Source of the DNA: a virus
DNA: 64,000 bases
IMG/VR virus record: IMGVR_UViG_3300044675_001825
Coordinates: 1-64,000 of that record
Direction: 5' to 3' (one strand)
Shown here: positions 38,767-50,200 of the stretch, in pieces
How the letters are laid out: each line of letters opens with the position of its first letter
How positions within the stretch are numbered: the stretch's first letter is position 1
Position numbers and translations under genes: made by a program
Notes under the pieces: generated by a model
The model's input: only the letters and a program-made list of their open reading frames with translations
The model's database searches: none
Told to the model about the DNA's origin: nothing

Positions 38767-38809
38767 TATGCCAGGGGAAAGAGGATAAATCTCATATTCC
38801 TCTGGCATA
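38767..38809 (+). terminator. Long hairpin after structural gene
   Basis: TATGCCAGGGGAA/TTCCTCTGGCATA. Confidence 0.55.
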
Positions 38810-38823
38810 ATTATTATAAAAAC

Positions 38824-39387
38824 ATGGCAAACTTACAATTAGATATATTAGTAATCCCTACTTATAGTGTACTTACACTTGGTGTTACAGATGCTTCTGT
38901 ATATCCTACCAATCCTCCAGTGGTGTCAGCACCTACTATTGAGATTGATATTCCAGGATTTGGAACAACGACATTACCATTCGTTCCTAATGAAATCAAT
39001 GTATTTACATCGTCTAATTTAGGAATCACAGAACCAGATTGTAATCAACCACTTCCAGATGGAATATACAGATTAAGATATTCTGTAGCTCCTGCATATG
39101 CAAATTATGTAGAGAGAACAATATTACGTGTTGATAGACTTCAAGAGAAGTTTGACAATGCGTTTCTTCAATTAAACATGATGGTGTGTGATAGAGCTCT
39201 TAAAACACAATCTAGTGTTATGTTAAACACTATAAACTTCTTTATACAAGGAGCAATTGCAGCAGCTAATAACTGTGCAGAATTTGAATCAAACACATTA
39301 TATGCTCAGGCAGATAATATGTTAAACAACTTTTTAAGAACCAACTGTGGTTGTTCTGGTAACAACTACTTAATAAACTTTTATTAA
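38824..39387 (+). CDS. Structural protein (tail hub-like)
   Basis: LPDGIYRLRYSVAP Ig-like strand, helical C-terminus, CGC end; synteny. Confidence 0.5.
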   Translation: MANLQLDILVIPTYSVLTLGVTDASVYPTNPPVVSAPTIEIDIPGFGTTTLPFVPNEINVFTSSNLGITEPDCNQPLPDGIYRLRYSVAPAYANYVERTILRVDRLQEKFDNAFLQLNMMVCDRALKTQSSVMLNTINFFIQGAIAAANNCAEFESNTLYAQADNMLNNFLRTNCGCSGNNYLINFY

Positions 39388-39389
39388 TT

Positions 39390-39485
39390 ATGGCACAATG
39401 TTCAGGATGTGGAGCTAATGTAGGCTGTGGATGTCAGCTGAAAAATGGAATGTGTGCAGCGTGTGCTGCAAAAGCAAATAAATAA
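39390..39485 (+). CDS. 31-aa six-Cys micropeptide (absent from ORF track)
   Basis: MAQCSGCGANVGCGCQLKNGMCAACAAKANK*; fills the gap exactly between two structural genes. Confidence 0.7.
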   Translation: MAQCSGCGANVGCGCQLKNGMCAACAAKANK

Positions 39486-39495
39486 AATTGTTATT

Positions 39496-39984
39496 ATGTT
39501 ATCACCAAGACTAACCAACTGTCCTGAATGCTCGGACATTCCATCTTTACTTAAAAAAATAGATTGCAAGTTAGCAGAACTTGGTAACAACTTGTACAAC
39601 AATATTTCATATATGTTGAACAAACCTGTGCCTGCTGATGACATAACTCAATTAATAGGATATAGAAGAATATTAATGTACAAGCTTATTAATCCAAACT
39701 ATGCACATAAATATTCTGTAGCTATGATATCTAGTAGAGTGATACGTCTTACAGTGGGATGTATAAGTAGATGTAACACACCAGAACCTTGTATAGAGGA
39801 ACGTTGTGATATAACTATTGTACCAAATCCAACTACCACTACTACTAGCAGTAGTTCTACTAGCTCAACAACAACAAGTACCACTGCAGTACCAACTACT
39901 ACCACTACTAGTTCTAGTAGTTCAACTAGCACAAGCACGTCTACTAGTAGTTCTTCTACAACAACCACTACAACAACAATTTAA
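39496..39984 (+). CDS. Structural protein (hub-like) with about 50-aa poly-Thr/Ser tail
   Basis: Probable start MLSPRLTNC at 39496; C-terminal T/S tract. Confidence 0.65.
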   Translation: MLSPRLTNCPECSDIPSLLKKIDCKLAELGNNLYNNISYMLNKPVPADDITQLIGYRRILMYKLINPNYAHKYSVAMISSRVIRLTVGCISRCNTPEPCIEERCDITIVPNPTTTTTSSSSTSSTTTSTTAVPTTTTTSSSSSTSTSTSTSSSSTTTTTTTI

Positions 39985-40005
39985 AACCTTTTTAAAATAA
40001 ATAAT

Positions 40006-41118
40006 ATGTCAACATGCTCAAATTGTTACAATGGATGTACAGAGATTGTCTCTGACAGATGTGTAAAATATACAGGAATAGATGTTCCTGTCCTAGGAAT
40101 ACAAACAGGTGATTCTTTATCATTTGTAGAACAAGCATTAATTACATTTCTTACATCTACATTAGATGGCACAGGAGTAAAAATTGATCTTGCACCTACA
40201 GTGGTATGTGAGCTTGTACAGCAATATCTTCCAACATGTAAAGATCTTTCTATTGTAGATATATCAAAAGCTCTTGTACAAGCTGCTTGTAATCTTCAAT
40301 TACAAGTGAATGCCATTAATGCTACACTTGCTACATTGAATGCTGATTATACAATTGGATGTTTAACAGGTGTTACAGCATCTTCAGATACACATGCTAT
40401 TCTGCAAGCTGTAATTAACAAGTTGTGTCAAGTACAAGTTGATTTAACAGCATTAACTTTAAACTTATCTACTAATTATTCTAGCAATGGTGCACAACTA
40501 GATGCTTATATAGCTAACTATCTAGCTACAAATACTCCTAGTTCTAATCTTATAAGTAATAGAATGGTTCCTTATGCTGTGGTTGAATACTATGGTCCTA
40601 TTGCTGGTAATTTTGATGGAACAGGTAAAGGACTTGGAATTTGGGATAATATATATTTATGTAATGGATTAAATGGTACACCAGATAAAAGAGGAGTCGT
40701 AGGAGTAGGTGCTACAAATGGTGCAATGTTAGGACTTACAATGCCTTCAGCTACTAATCCATCATTAGGAAATCCTACATATAGTGTAGGTGGATCAATA
40801 ATAGGTAGTAATAATATTGTGTTATCAACGCTCCAAATGCCTAGCCATACACACCTTACAACAGTAACAATTAATGATCCAGGACATGGTCATATTTTTA
40901 GTAATTCTAGTGGAACATCACTTGGAGGTGGTTATATAGCAACAGGAGTTCCAAATGAAGGACCAGGTGCTTTTGGATTAGTTAATAATCAAACAGGATT
41001 AAAAGGAACAGGATCAGGACAAAATGTTTTTGTTACTAATTCTAATGAAGGAGGAGGACTAGCACATCCAAATTTCCAACCTGGATTAGGTTGTTTATAT
41101 ATTCAATACAGACCTTAA
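40006..41118 (+). CDS. Tail fibre/collar-domain protein
   Basis: Cys-rich N-terminus, coiled coil, LCNG.NGTPDKRG, QMPSHTH, H.N.QP tail-collar motifs. Confidence 0.75.
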   Translation: MSTCSNCYNGCTEIVSDRCVKYTGIDVPVLGIQTGDSLSFVEQALITFLTSTLDGTGVKIDLAPTVVCELVQQYLPTCKDLSIVDISKALVQAACNLQLQVNAINATLATLNADYTIGCLTGVTASSDTHAILQAVINKLCQVQVDLTALTLNLSTNYSSNGAQLDAYIANYLATNTPSSNLISNRMVPYAVVEYYGPIAGNFDGTGKGLGIWDNIYLCNGLNGTPDKRGVVGVGATNGAMLGLTMPSATNPSLGNPTYSVGGSIIGSNNIVLSTLQMPSHTHLTTVTINDPGHGHIFSNSSGTSLGGGYIATGVPNEGPGAFGLVNNQTGLKGTGSGQNVFVTNSNEGGGLAHPNFQPGLGCLYIQYRP

Positions 41119-41130
41119 TAAATCAACACG

Positions 41131-41769
41131 ATGTCATATCCTTTTTTACCAGTTAATCCTTGCTGTACAGACGTAGTTTTAAATACTCCTTGTGGATGCA
41201 CTTCTACACTTCCTAATACTGGATGTGAACAAACCCAATGTGGTACTAATGTAATTCTATCTAGCAATGTACTTTATAATGGTCCTGTATTGGATTGCAT
41301 TATAGCTGAGCCATGTGATACACTTAATGTGATATTACAAAAGATCGATGAGATTATATGTAATCTACTTGTTCAGATTAACACATTGAATATTCAAGTA
41401 GCAAACATCACTGGTCAAATAATTAATATTAATAGTCAGATAATTAATATTAATAATACATTAGATGTATGTTGTAATGTTACAACTACTACCACAACCA
41501 CTGCAACACCAACTACCACAACAACTACCACTGTAGTAGAAGAATGTCGTTATTATATTTTAGAAGGAAACATAGCTCCTGGAGTATGGATTGCAACTTT
41601 ATGTGGTTCTAAAGTAGATGATCCAGTTTATGTTGGAGGAGAATTAACTCCAGGACAAACTGAAGAGACACCTTGTATTATACCTTCTACATTAGAACTG
41701 TATGGCGTAAGTATTAAAGTAGACAGAGGAGTATGTCCAACAACAACAACCACCACTACAACACTATAA
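41131..41769 (+). CDS. Cys-rich coiled-coil fibre protein with poly-Thr linkers
   Basis: Y.GP.L.C...DTLN.IL.KID..IC, IININSQ heptads, two T-tracts. Confidence 0.7.
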   Translation: MSYPFLPVNPCCTDVVLNTPCGCTSTLPNTGCEQTQCGTNVILSSNVLYNGPVLDCIIAEPCDTLNVILQKIDEIICNLLVQINTLNIQVANITGQIININSQIININNTLDVCCNVTTTTTTTATPTTTTTTTVVEECRYYILEGNIAPGVWIATLCGSKVDDPVYVGGELTPGQTEETPCIIPSTLELYGVSIKVDRGVCPTTTTTTTTL

Positions 41770-41778
41770 ATATAAAAC

Positions 41779-42453
41779 ATGGCTGATTGTCCTCAAATAA
41801 ATAACACAACAATACTAGGAACGAGTGCTGTCACATACGATAGCACTCCACTTCCTTGTACAGATATAAAAACATGTGATGATCTAAACACGATCCTTGC
41901 TAAGTTTGATAATGTTATATGTTCTGCTATAGATAGTGTAAACATTCTTATAGAAGAAGTAACAAATATCACTGAGGACTTAATGCTTATTACAGAGGAT
42001 GTAGAGACTATAAACAATCAAATCTTTATATGTTGTCCTATTTGTAGTTTTACAATAACTGCTACTGAATTACCTGTGTGTGAGTTTACTGGAACTGCTA
42101 ATCAACTTCCAGATCCTACAACAACTACAACCAGTAGTTCTTCAACCAGTACTTCTACATCAACAAGCACATCTACTAGCACTAGCACATCTACAACAAC
42201 TAGCACTAGTAGTTCAACCACTACAACTACAACTACAAGTATACCATTACTTTGTTTTCAAGCAGAGGTTTATCCTCCAATACTTAATCCAGGAACATAT
42301 CACGTAATACAATATTTAGATTGTAATGGAAACATTCAAGTTGAAAGTGTTCCAGATGGTGGAGAAATGGTAACTATTTGTTATACAGGAATTGTATCAG
42401 ATAACAATAATGGTGTAACCATTCCTTTATATACTTATTGTATAGCAACTTAA
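41779..42453 (+). CDS. Cys-rich fibre protein with T/S linker and YLDCNG domain
   Basis: Paralogous N-terminus to 41131 (DDLNTILAKFDNVIC). Confidence 0.7.
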   Translation: MADCPQINNTTILGTSAVTYDSTPLPCTDIKTCDDLNTILAKFDNVICSAIDSVNILIEEVTNITEDLMLITEDVETINNQIFICCPICSFTITATELPVCEFTGTANQLPDPTTTTTSSSSTSTSTSTSTSTSTSTSTTTSTSSSTTTTTTTSIPLLCFQAEVYPPILNPGTYHVIQYLDCNGNIQVESVPDGGEMVTICYTGIVSDNNNGVTIPLYTYCIAT

Positions 42454-42466
42454 TAAACCAAATAAT

Positions 42467-43015
42467 ATGACAGTATTAATAACATTAACAGTAGCAGGTT
42501 CAGATTCTGGACCATTTAATCTCTATTCAAATCTTGATGGATATACATCAGCATTTGAAGCAGGAGTACCTAAAGCATCATTGCTTGCAGGATATTCTTC
42601 TGCATTAGTTCCTGACTTTACAACAACTATTAGAATACAATCTGTAGGGGATTGTACTAACCACATTGACATACCACTGTATGCCACTACAACAACAAGT
42701 AGTAGTACAAGTAGCACAAGTAGTACAACAACAAGTACTACTACTATTGCTAATACTTGTTATGCATTCCAGAGTGATCCATACACTACAACATTTACAG
42801 CTCAATATATAGATTGTAATGGTGTTATTCAAACAGTTAATGATACATGTTTCTCTCCACCTTGTACATATACACTGTGTGGATTTTCTGTTTTATCTAG
42901 TAGTGAACTTATGAGTATTATAGGAGTTTGTACAACAACCACAACAACCACAGCTGCACCTACTACAACAAGTACTACTACAGCTGCACCAACCACAACT
43001 ACAACTACTACTTAA
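42467..43015 (+). CDS. Decoration protein: GPFNLYS domain + T/S linker + YIDCNG domain + T tail
   Basis: See modular family finding. Confidence 0.7.
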   Translation: MTVLITLTVAGSDSGPFNLYSNLDGYTSAFEAGVPKASLLAGYSSALVPDFTTTIRIQSVGDCTNHIDIPLYATTTTSSSTSSTSSTTTSTTTIANTCYAFQSDPYTTTFTAQYIDCNGVIQTVNDTCFSPPCTYTLCGFSVLSSSELMSIIGVCTTTTTTTAAPTTTSTTTAAPTTTTTTT

Positions 43016-43034
43016 TTATATAATAAATAAAAAC

Positions 43035-43631
43035 ATGACAATATTAATAACATTGGTTTTACCACCTGGTGGGGACGCAGGTCCTTTCAATCTTTATTCA
43101 GATACAGATGGATACGTTGTTGCATTTGCAACAAATATATCTGCTTCAGCTTTAATTGCTGGATATACAGCTACAAACGTACCTGATGGAACAACTATAA
43201 TTAAAGTACAGTCTGTAGGAGTGTGTACAAACTTTGTTAATGTACCAGTGAATGTGCTTCCTACTACAACTACAACAAGTTCTAGTAGCACATCTACCAC
43301 TACAAGTACTAGTACCACTGCTGGTCCAACTACCACTACAACTAGTAGTAGTTCAACAAGCACAAGTACTTCTACAAGCACAAGTACATCAACTAGCACT
43401 TCTACAAGCTCAACCACCAGTACATCTACAACATCAGTTCCTACCACTACTACCACAACTAGTCTTGGTGCATGTACAAAATATAACACTGATGGTCTAG
43501 ATACAATAAATTATATAGATTGTAATGGTGATCCTCAAACAATTGTAAACATTGAAATTGATTTTTGTGCACAAGCTGGTACAGTAACAGGTACTGGTGT
43601 AAGTATAATTACACCAAACGATTGCGTATAA
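43035..43631 (+). CDS. Decoration protein paralog: GPFNLYS domain + about 65-aa T/S linker + YIDCNG domain
   Basis: N-terminal 75 aa clearly paralogous to 42467. Confidence 0.7.
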   Translation: MTILITLVLPPGGDAGPFNLYSDTDGYVVAFATNISASALIAGYTATNVPDGTTIIKVQSVGVCTNFVNVPVNVLPTTTTTSSSSTSTTTSTSTTAGPTTTTTSSSSTSTSTSTSTSTSTSTSTSSTTSTSTTSVPTTTTTTSLGACTKYNTDGLDTINYIDCNGDPQTIVNIEIDFCAQAGTVTGTGVSIITPNDCV

Positions 43632-43678
43632 TAATTTTATAAAATAAAAAATCATAGTTTGTTGGTTTTCTGTGATTT

Positions 43679-43710
43679 CTCCTCAAGATCTTCTTGGGGA
43701 GTTTTTGTTT
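43679..43710 (+). terminator. Rho-independent terminator
   Basis: CTCCTCAAGA/TCTTGGGGAG plus T-tract. Confidence 0.75.
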
Positions 43711-43711
43711 C

Positions 43712-43787
43712 TAACTAATTTAGTTATAAATAATTAGAGCTCTAACTAGAATTATTTGGAATATATAAAAACTATTATTTATCTTTA
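43712..43787 (+). promoter_or_regulatory. Promoter with palindromic operator
   Basis: TAACTAA-T-TTAGTTA palindrome (43712-43726), TTG 43756, TATCTTTA 43780-43787. Confidence 0.6.
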
Positions 43788-43815
43788 CAATATTTTTTAA
43801 CTAATATGAATATAT

Positions 43816-45036
43816 ATGTCTGAAAATCAAAGCTTATTAGGTCAATTGGAGGAATTGCTGACAATGAAAAGAAGTAAAAAATTCTATGCTGAAAGACTTG
43901 GAATAAGCGAATTTGAAGTTAATGAGCTCTTAAAGGAGCTTAGAGAAAAGGACAATTATCAAAACGTAGAAGGAAAAAACTACACAGAAGAACGAAAAGT
44001 AAATGTTGAAAAGGGTACAATAGAAAGTACAATCATATCTGATTTTGATCCTAAAGATGATCTTGAACTAGCTAAGCTACACAAGATAAACCTAGACAAG
44101 TATGTCATCACAAACTACTGGTCTAAGATGCTACCAAGTGGGAAGTTCACTTCCTCAGTCTTTTCTAAGAGAAAAGAAGCAAAAGATTACTCCCCTGAAG
44201 ACTTTGCTAAATTTTTAGAGAATTATATTCCTAATAACATAAGAGTTATTAATAAACCAGTATTAGATGAAGAAAGTTTAGTGGATGTTGAATTATCTTT
44301 ATCTGATTATCATTTAGCTAAAAAAGTTGTAGATGGAGATAATTGTCCATTTAAAAGAGCTTCAAACTATTTAAAAATAGTGGAAGATTTAATTACCAAA
44401 ATAAGAAAAAATTATAGTATTGAACATATAGTTTTTCCTATAAGTAACGATTTTTTTCATACTGACAATTATCAAAACCAAACTACAAATGGAACTCCTC
44501 AAGATACCATCCTTGAATATCATTCTGAATATGAATTAGGATTTTCTTTATTAGTAGATACTATTAATACATTAAGAGATCATTGTAAAAGTGTTACAGT
44601 AGTTTTAGTACAAGGTAATCATGACAGGACTAAATCTTTTTATTTAGCACATGCATTAGAAGTTTTCTTTAAAAAAGATTATGATGTAAACTTTATAAGA
44701 GAACATAGTGTAGTAAAAGCAGTAGTATTAGGAAATACATTTATAGGATATCATCATGGTAACTGTAAAATAGATGATTTGCCTTTATTATTTGCAACTC
44801 ATCCTGAATATAGTTCTTATTTTGGAGAAGCTAAATATAGAGAAATCCATACAGGAGATAAGCATCATTACATGGCTAAAGAAATAAAAGGAGTAAGAAT
44901 ACAACAAATGCCAAGTCTTTCATTTACAGATAGATGGCATATGGATAATAACTTTGTACATTCAATTAGAGCAGCATTAGCACTTGTTTATGATAAAGAA
45001 ACAGGAAAAATTGCAGAATTTGAATCAAGAATATAA
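43816..45036 (+). CDS. Calcineurin-like metallophosphoesterase with N-terminal HTH
   Basis: LSDYH, NDFFH, QGNHD, YHHG, TGDKHH; AERLGISE HTH. Confidence 0.85.
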   Translation: MSENQSLLGQLEELLTMKRSKKFYAERLGISEFEVNELLKELREKDNYQNVEGKNYTEERKVNVEKGTIESTIISDFDPKDDLELAKLHKINLDKYVITNYWSKMLPSGKFTSSVFSKRKEAKDYSPEDFAKFLENYIPNNIRVINKPVLDEESLVDVELSLSDYHLAKKVVDGDNCPFKRASNYLKIVEDLITKIRKNYSIEHIVFPISNDFFHTDNYQNQTTNGTPQDTILEYHSEYELGFSLLVDTINTLRDHCKSVTVVLVQGNHDRTKSFYLAHALEVFFKKDYDVNFIREHSVVKAVVLGNTFIGYHHGNCKIDDLPLLFATHPEYSSYFGEAKYREIHTGDKHHYMAKEIKGVRIQQMPSLSFTDRWHMDNNFVHSIRAALALVYDKETGKIAEFESRI

Positions 45037-45041
45037 ATAAT

Positions 45042-45770
45042 ATGGCAACATTAAGAAAGTTAGTATCAGATGTTAGAAGTGTCCACAAGATACTTTCGAC
45101 TGACTCATTAATAACAGATCGTGCAATTGCATCTGAAATAAGAAATAACTCTTTGTTATTAATCAAACGTGAGACAAACCTTAGAAAACTTTGGGCAACT
45201 GATACATTGTTCACTACAATTCCTTGTTTAGAGATGGTAGAAGTACCCATCTCTGAATGTTGTAACTATGTAGATGAGTGTAGTATTGCAAGAACTAAGT
45301 TTAAACTTCCACGTATATCAGAAGGTAATTACCAATATGTAATACAAGGAGTTTATTCTATCAATGCATTAGGTGGCCAAGGAAAGAAGTTAAAAGAGAT
45401 CACTGTCAATAGATATATCAATCTACTAAAGCTTCCTATAATTAAGAAAGAAGAATACTTCTGGATATCTAATGGATATCTATACGTAAATAATCCATTG
45501 CTAAAATCAATCAGGTTTGTAGCATTGTTTGAAGAAGATGTAGAGAATGAAATCATGTATCCAGAATGTGGATGTGGTTCTCCTGATTATACAAATGAAC
45601 AACTATGTATGAACCCATTAGACAAAGAGTTTGCTCTTCCAGGATATCTAGAACAACAAGTGTTACAGCTTACATCACAAAAACTTCTTTCTACTTACTT
45701 CAATATTAAAACAGACATAAGTCAAGAAGGAATAGATGGCCAAGCACCAAACTCAAAACCAACTAATTAA
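45042..45770 (+). CDS. Tail ring protein (crAss-like)
   Basis: MATLRKLVSDV, IPCLEM..V, RT..KLP, NGYLY; synteny. Confidence 0.6.
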   Translation: MATLRKLVSDVRSVHKILSTDSLITDRAIASEIRNNSLLLIKRETNLRKLWATDTLFTTIPCLEMVEVPISECCNYVDECSIARTKFKLPRISEGNYQYVIQGVYSINALGGQGKKLKEITVNRYINLLKLPIIKKEEYFWISNGYLYVNNPLLKSIRFVALFEEDVENEIMYPECGCGSPDYTNEQLCMNPLDKEFALPGYLEQQVLQLTSQKLLSTYFNIKTDISQEGIDGQAPNSKPTN

Positions 45771-46249
45771 TGAGAACAAAGGTTGATTGGAGAAGTTCTA
45801 GCAAGGACAGTTATAATAGTTTCTGTAAAAAACATCCATCTGTAAAACTAACATATGATGAATGGAGAAACGTCTTATACACCTACAATGAATCTTTTAA
45901 AGAATACATATTAGAAACAGGAGAGAAGGTAAAGCTTCCTTTTGGATTTGGAGAGTTCTCAATCAACAAGAAGAAAAGAAGAAAACTAAAGAACAATGTA
46001 GATGGTAAAGAGTTTGTTAATCTTCCCATAGATTGGCAAAAGACCAAAGAGAAAGGAAAGGTGATATATAACTTCAACTACCATACAGAAGGTTATTTTT
46101 TTGGTTGGATGTGGTTTAAGAACACAGCACGCTTCAAGAACTCTGATCTATGGTATTTCAAACCTTCTAGACTAACATCAAGACTTCTGTCACATTACTT
46201 AAAGACCAACGACAAGTATCAATACATCTACAATGAATGGAAAAAATAA
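45770..46249 (+). CDS. IHF/HU-like basic protein
   Basis: VKLPFGFGEF, IDWQKT, N.HTEGY; position as in crAss-like phages. Confidence 0.6.
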   Translation: MRTKVDWRSSSKDSYNSFCKKHPSVKLTYDEWRNVLYTYNESFKEYILETGEKVKLPFGFGEFSINKKKRRKLKNNVDGKEFVNLPIDWQKTKEKGKVIYNFNYHTEGYFFGWMWFKNTARFKNSDLWYFKPSRLTSRLLSHYLKTNDKYQYIYNEWKK

Positions 46250-46255
46250 TGAACT

Positions 46256-47230
46256 ATGTCATACTACTATAAATACAATTTCGTATCCCCAGAGCCTGTC
46301 TATTCAACAGTTAAAGAAGAATTAAAGTCTTACTTTGACACTGGTGCAGTGGATGATCTTTTATTCCCTACCTACTTAGACAAATGTCTCAAGAAGTTAG
46401 GAAGAACTACATTTGTAATAAGTGAAGAGATCTTATATATAGAAGACTTTGAAGCTAGACTTCCTGATAACTTTTATGCTGTTAGAGAAGCTTGGATGTG
46501 TACAGCAGTGAATGGTTTTCCATATCAAGATGCTAACTCATTCTATTCACAAGCAGCCAATGCAACAACTATTCAGGTGTCTCCATTAACTATTGGAGGT
46601 ACTCCTTGTACTAATCCTGGTTGTCAGAATTCAGCTTGTGATGGTACATGTATGCCAACATTAGTACAAGCTGTATACAAAACAAATAATAGTACACCTA
46701 GACAGTTTGTTCATGAGTATTTACTTAGACCTGGTAATATATCTGCAAGACAAAACTGTGGTGTAGATTATACAAGTGCTTGGGAATTCTATGCTGAAGC
46801 TCCTCCTATTCATGAATTTACTCCTGGTGCTGCCAGTTATGACTCATTTGATATTAGAGACAATAAGTTTGTAACCAACTTCAGAAATGGTGTTGTTCAC
46901 TTGTTGTTCTATGCTACAGAGTATGATGAGATAGGGAACCAAATGATTCCTGATAACTATCGTATAAGAGAATATGTAGAAGCATTCATTAAGTTCAAAG
47001 TGTTTGAGATGCTTACTAACCAAACTAATGATGAAACATTCAATCAGTTACAACAAAAGATGTTATATCACAAGCAAGCATATGAAGAAGCATACATCAT
47101 GGCTGAGATTGAAATGAAGAAACAATCTCCTTGGGAAAAACAAAGAAGAATCAAAAATGATCTTAACAGATTTAATATGTATGAGCTTCCTAATCGTACT
47201 AACAGGTATGGTAGAAGACGTAATAATTAA
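46256..47230 (+). CDS. Tail ring/tubular protein
   Basis: ARLPDNF, TNFRNG.V.L.Y...DE.G..MIPD; precedes the muzzle gene. Confidence 0.6.
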   Translation: MSYYYKYNFVSPEPVYSTVKEELKSYFDTGAVDDLLFPTYLDKCLKKLGRTTFVISEEILYIEDFEARLPDNFYAVREAWMCTAVNGFPYQDANSFYSQAANATTIQVSPLTIGGTPCTNPGCQNSACDGTCMPTLVQAVYKTNNSTPRQFVHEYLLRPGNISARQNCGVDYTSAWEFYAEAPPIHEFTPGAASYDSFDIRDNKFVTNFRNGVVHLLFYATEYDEIGNQMIPDNYRIREYVEAFIKFKVFEMLTNQTNDETFNQLQQKMLYHKQAYEEAYIMAEIEMKKQSPWEKQRRIKNDLNRFNMYELPNRTNRYGRRRNN

Positions 47231-47238
47231 TACACATC

Positions 47239-50200
47239 ATGGCTGAAGAACAATCAAAAAATAACATAACTCAACATCTTGGCACTGCAATTACTGGTTT
47301 AAACTTAGATAGCTCTGTAAATCAAGTTAAACAGGGTTCATTAACCTATGCGTTAAATGCTGCAATTGAAAATTTTGATGGTAACATAGTTAACTATCAA
47401 AATGAAATGGGTAATGATTTATGTGTCACTTTTCCAAAATCTTATTTACTAATTGGTACTCATTTCATTAATGAGAAGAATAAACATATATTCTTTCTTG
47501 TAAATCCTTTGACATCAATGAGTCAAATTGGATACATGGAAAACAATGATTGTATCTATCACGTATTAGTAGAAGCTGCATGTCTTAATTTTAATGTTAA
47601 TAATCCTATACATAAAGTAGTACATAAGATTACAAACTGTACTATAGAGATATATTGGACAGATGGTTTAAACCCAAGAAGATGGTTAGATATAAATAAC
47701 ATTCCTTATTTATTGAAACCTGGAGCAGACCTTTGTGATCCTGAATATACAGACCAATTAGATTGTAACCAACTTAAGATACAACCTAATTTTAGTATTC
47801 CTCAACTTAAAGTTGTAGATGTTAGATCTGGAGGAGAACTTGTATCAGGAACTTATCAGTTTGCTATACAATATTGTGACCCTGTTGGTAATCCATATAC
47901 TTCTTACTACTCAGTAACAAACCCTACTCCTATAGCAGATTTAACAATAGCCACTGTAAATTTCAACACTCCTGTAAGTAAATCTATTGTAGTGGATATA
48001 ACAGATCTTGATGTTACAGGACAGTTTCAATATTATAATGTAGCTGTAATCAAAACAATCAATAATGTTTCATCTGTTGAGTTAGTAGGTACCTATTTTA
48101 TTGAACAAAACTACGATCAAATTATATATACTGGAGAGGATCAAACTGCAATACAATTAACTATTGCTGATATATTTGAGAAGTTTCCTTATTATGAAAT
48201 AGCACAAGATCTTACATCTGTACAAGATATTCTTGTATGGGACAACCTTACATCTATTAATAGAATCAACTATCAATCAATAGCTAGTCAAATAGATGTT
48301 CAGTGGGAAACATATAGAATACCTGCTAATGAAAGTTATGAAGATGAATTGAACGCAACCAATCTACGTGGGTACCTACGTGATGAGGTGTATGCACTTG
48401 AGATTGTATTCCTATTAAAGAATGGAAAACAAACAGATGGTTTCCACATTCCTGGAAGAGAACAAAACTTTAATGAGTTCTCTCAACCAGATATACCTGA
48501 TACAAGTGCTGACTTTATTGGTGAGCCTGATTACTATTCAGGTGGTGTAGGATATAGTCCTTATTGGAAAATATATAACACTGCTTCTGTTACTGGATTT
48601 TCTCCAGGATATTCTCCTAGCCCTACTTACAAAGGAGCATATCAGTATGGTCAAATGGCTTATTGGGAATCTACAGAAGAGTATCCTTGTAATGTAGATC
48701 TTTGGGGTGATCTTGCTGGTAAAAATATCAGACATCACAAGTTTCCAGATGTATTAGTTTCTCCTATAAATGAATCACAGATATTTTCAGGACCTACATC
48801 AATGGTGATGGGTAATGATGCTGTATTTCCTATTGGTATTAAAATAGACATTGGTCAGATATCAAATCTTATATACAACTCTAATTTAACTGATGATGAA
48901 AAGAGTGAGATAGCAGGGTTTAAAATCATTAGAGGTAACAGAGGAGTACATAAATCTATCATAGCTAAAGGGATACTTCGTAATGTTAACTCTTATATAA
49001 GAGAAGACCAGTACTACTACTATCCAAATTACCCATATAATGAAACAGGTCCTGACGTTGATCCATTCTTAAATGAGGTGAATAACGCATGGACAGAAAT
49101 ATGTGAACCATGGGAGATTAATGTAATGGAATTTAATTTACCTGAAGGTCCTGGTCCATATACATATGCAGAGGTTGAATTTACCAATTGTAATAATGAT
49201 AAACCTGATAAACAAAAGTTTACTACATTAGGTAAACATACATTGTGTTCTATTAGTAGACCTATACCACAAGGTGTTGGTCCATTCAATAGAATGAAGC
49301 TTAGAAGAGGAGATACTGAAGAACCTACTCCTGGAACAAAAGTGAATGTGTCTCCAATGAATTATGATGTTTATAAACTTGAAGTTAAGAAAAATAGACT
49401 TGGACTTCCTAGAGCTGGATGGAGAGCTCAATGGGAAGACACAGTGACAGGAGTAACTGATTTTTGGGTATGCTGTGGAAGAAGTTATTTTGTTAATTGT
49501 ATAAAAGGAACTCGACCAGTTAGCGTACAGAATGATACTGATATAATTACTTTAGATAAAGAAGTTAGAGTGCCTGATTGTAAAACTCCAGTTCCTCAAA
49601 AACCTATATCTGATAAACCAGAACTAGCATACAGACAAGTATTTAATTCTCCTGAAACATCATTTGGACAACCTTTCTTAGGTGATATATTAAAGATTGA
49701 GAATGTGATGTTTGGTAAAGGACTTGGTCACTTTGTTGAAGTGAGAGGTAATGCTAAATATAAACTTCTTACAGAAGAAGCACAAAGAGATGCTCTTCAG
49801 GCTTCACAAAATATTGGTAGTATTTCTAGTGGATTCAATGCAACAGCAATGTTCACTGTATACCAATCATATCTAACTATTTATATCAATGGTATTACAA
49901 GAAGAAACTATGCTTATTCATATAACTCAATAGCTGATTATAATTATAATGTAGGAGTGGGTAATGATATTACAGTGAATGGTGTTAGAGGTATTAAGCA
50001 AAGACCACTTGACATTAAGAGATATCTTATCCCTGGAGTACAATCTGTTGGTGATACAATTAATGTTACTGTTGGTGGAACAACTGTAGTTAAAAACGCT
50101 CCTATCAACAATTATAGAAGAGAGTCAACAGTTTATTTAAGAACAGATCTTGATAAACCAGCATTACCATTACCAAGTAATAGTCCTAGTATGATTGTAG

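Noticed and set aside
39830-43460. T/S tracts as CRISPR array, VNTR or DGR repeats
   Set aside because: No constant repeat-spacer structure, synonymous positions vary, and there are no cas or reverse transcriptase genes in the window.
39699-43489. Val/Leu-rich antisense ORFs and Leu/Gln-rich alternate-frame ORFs
   Set aside because: Shadows of the poly-Thr/Ser codons.
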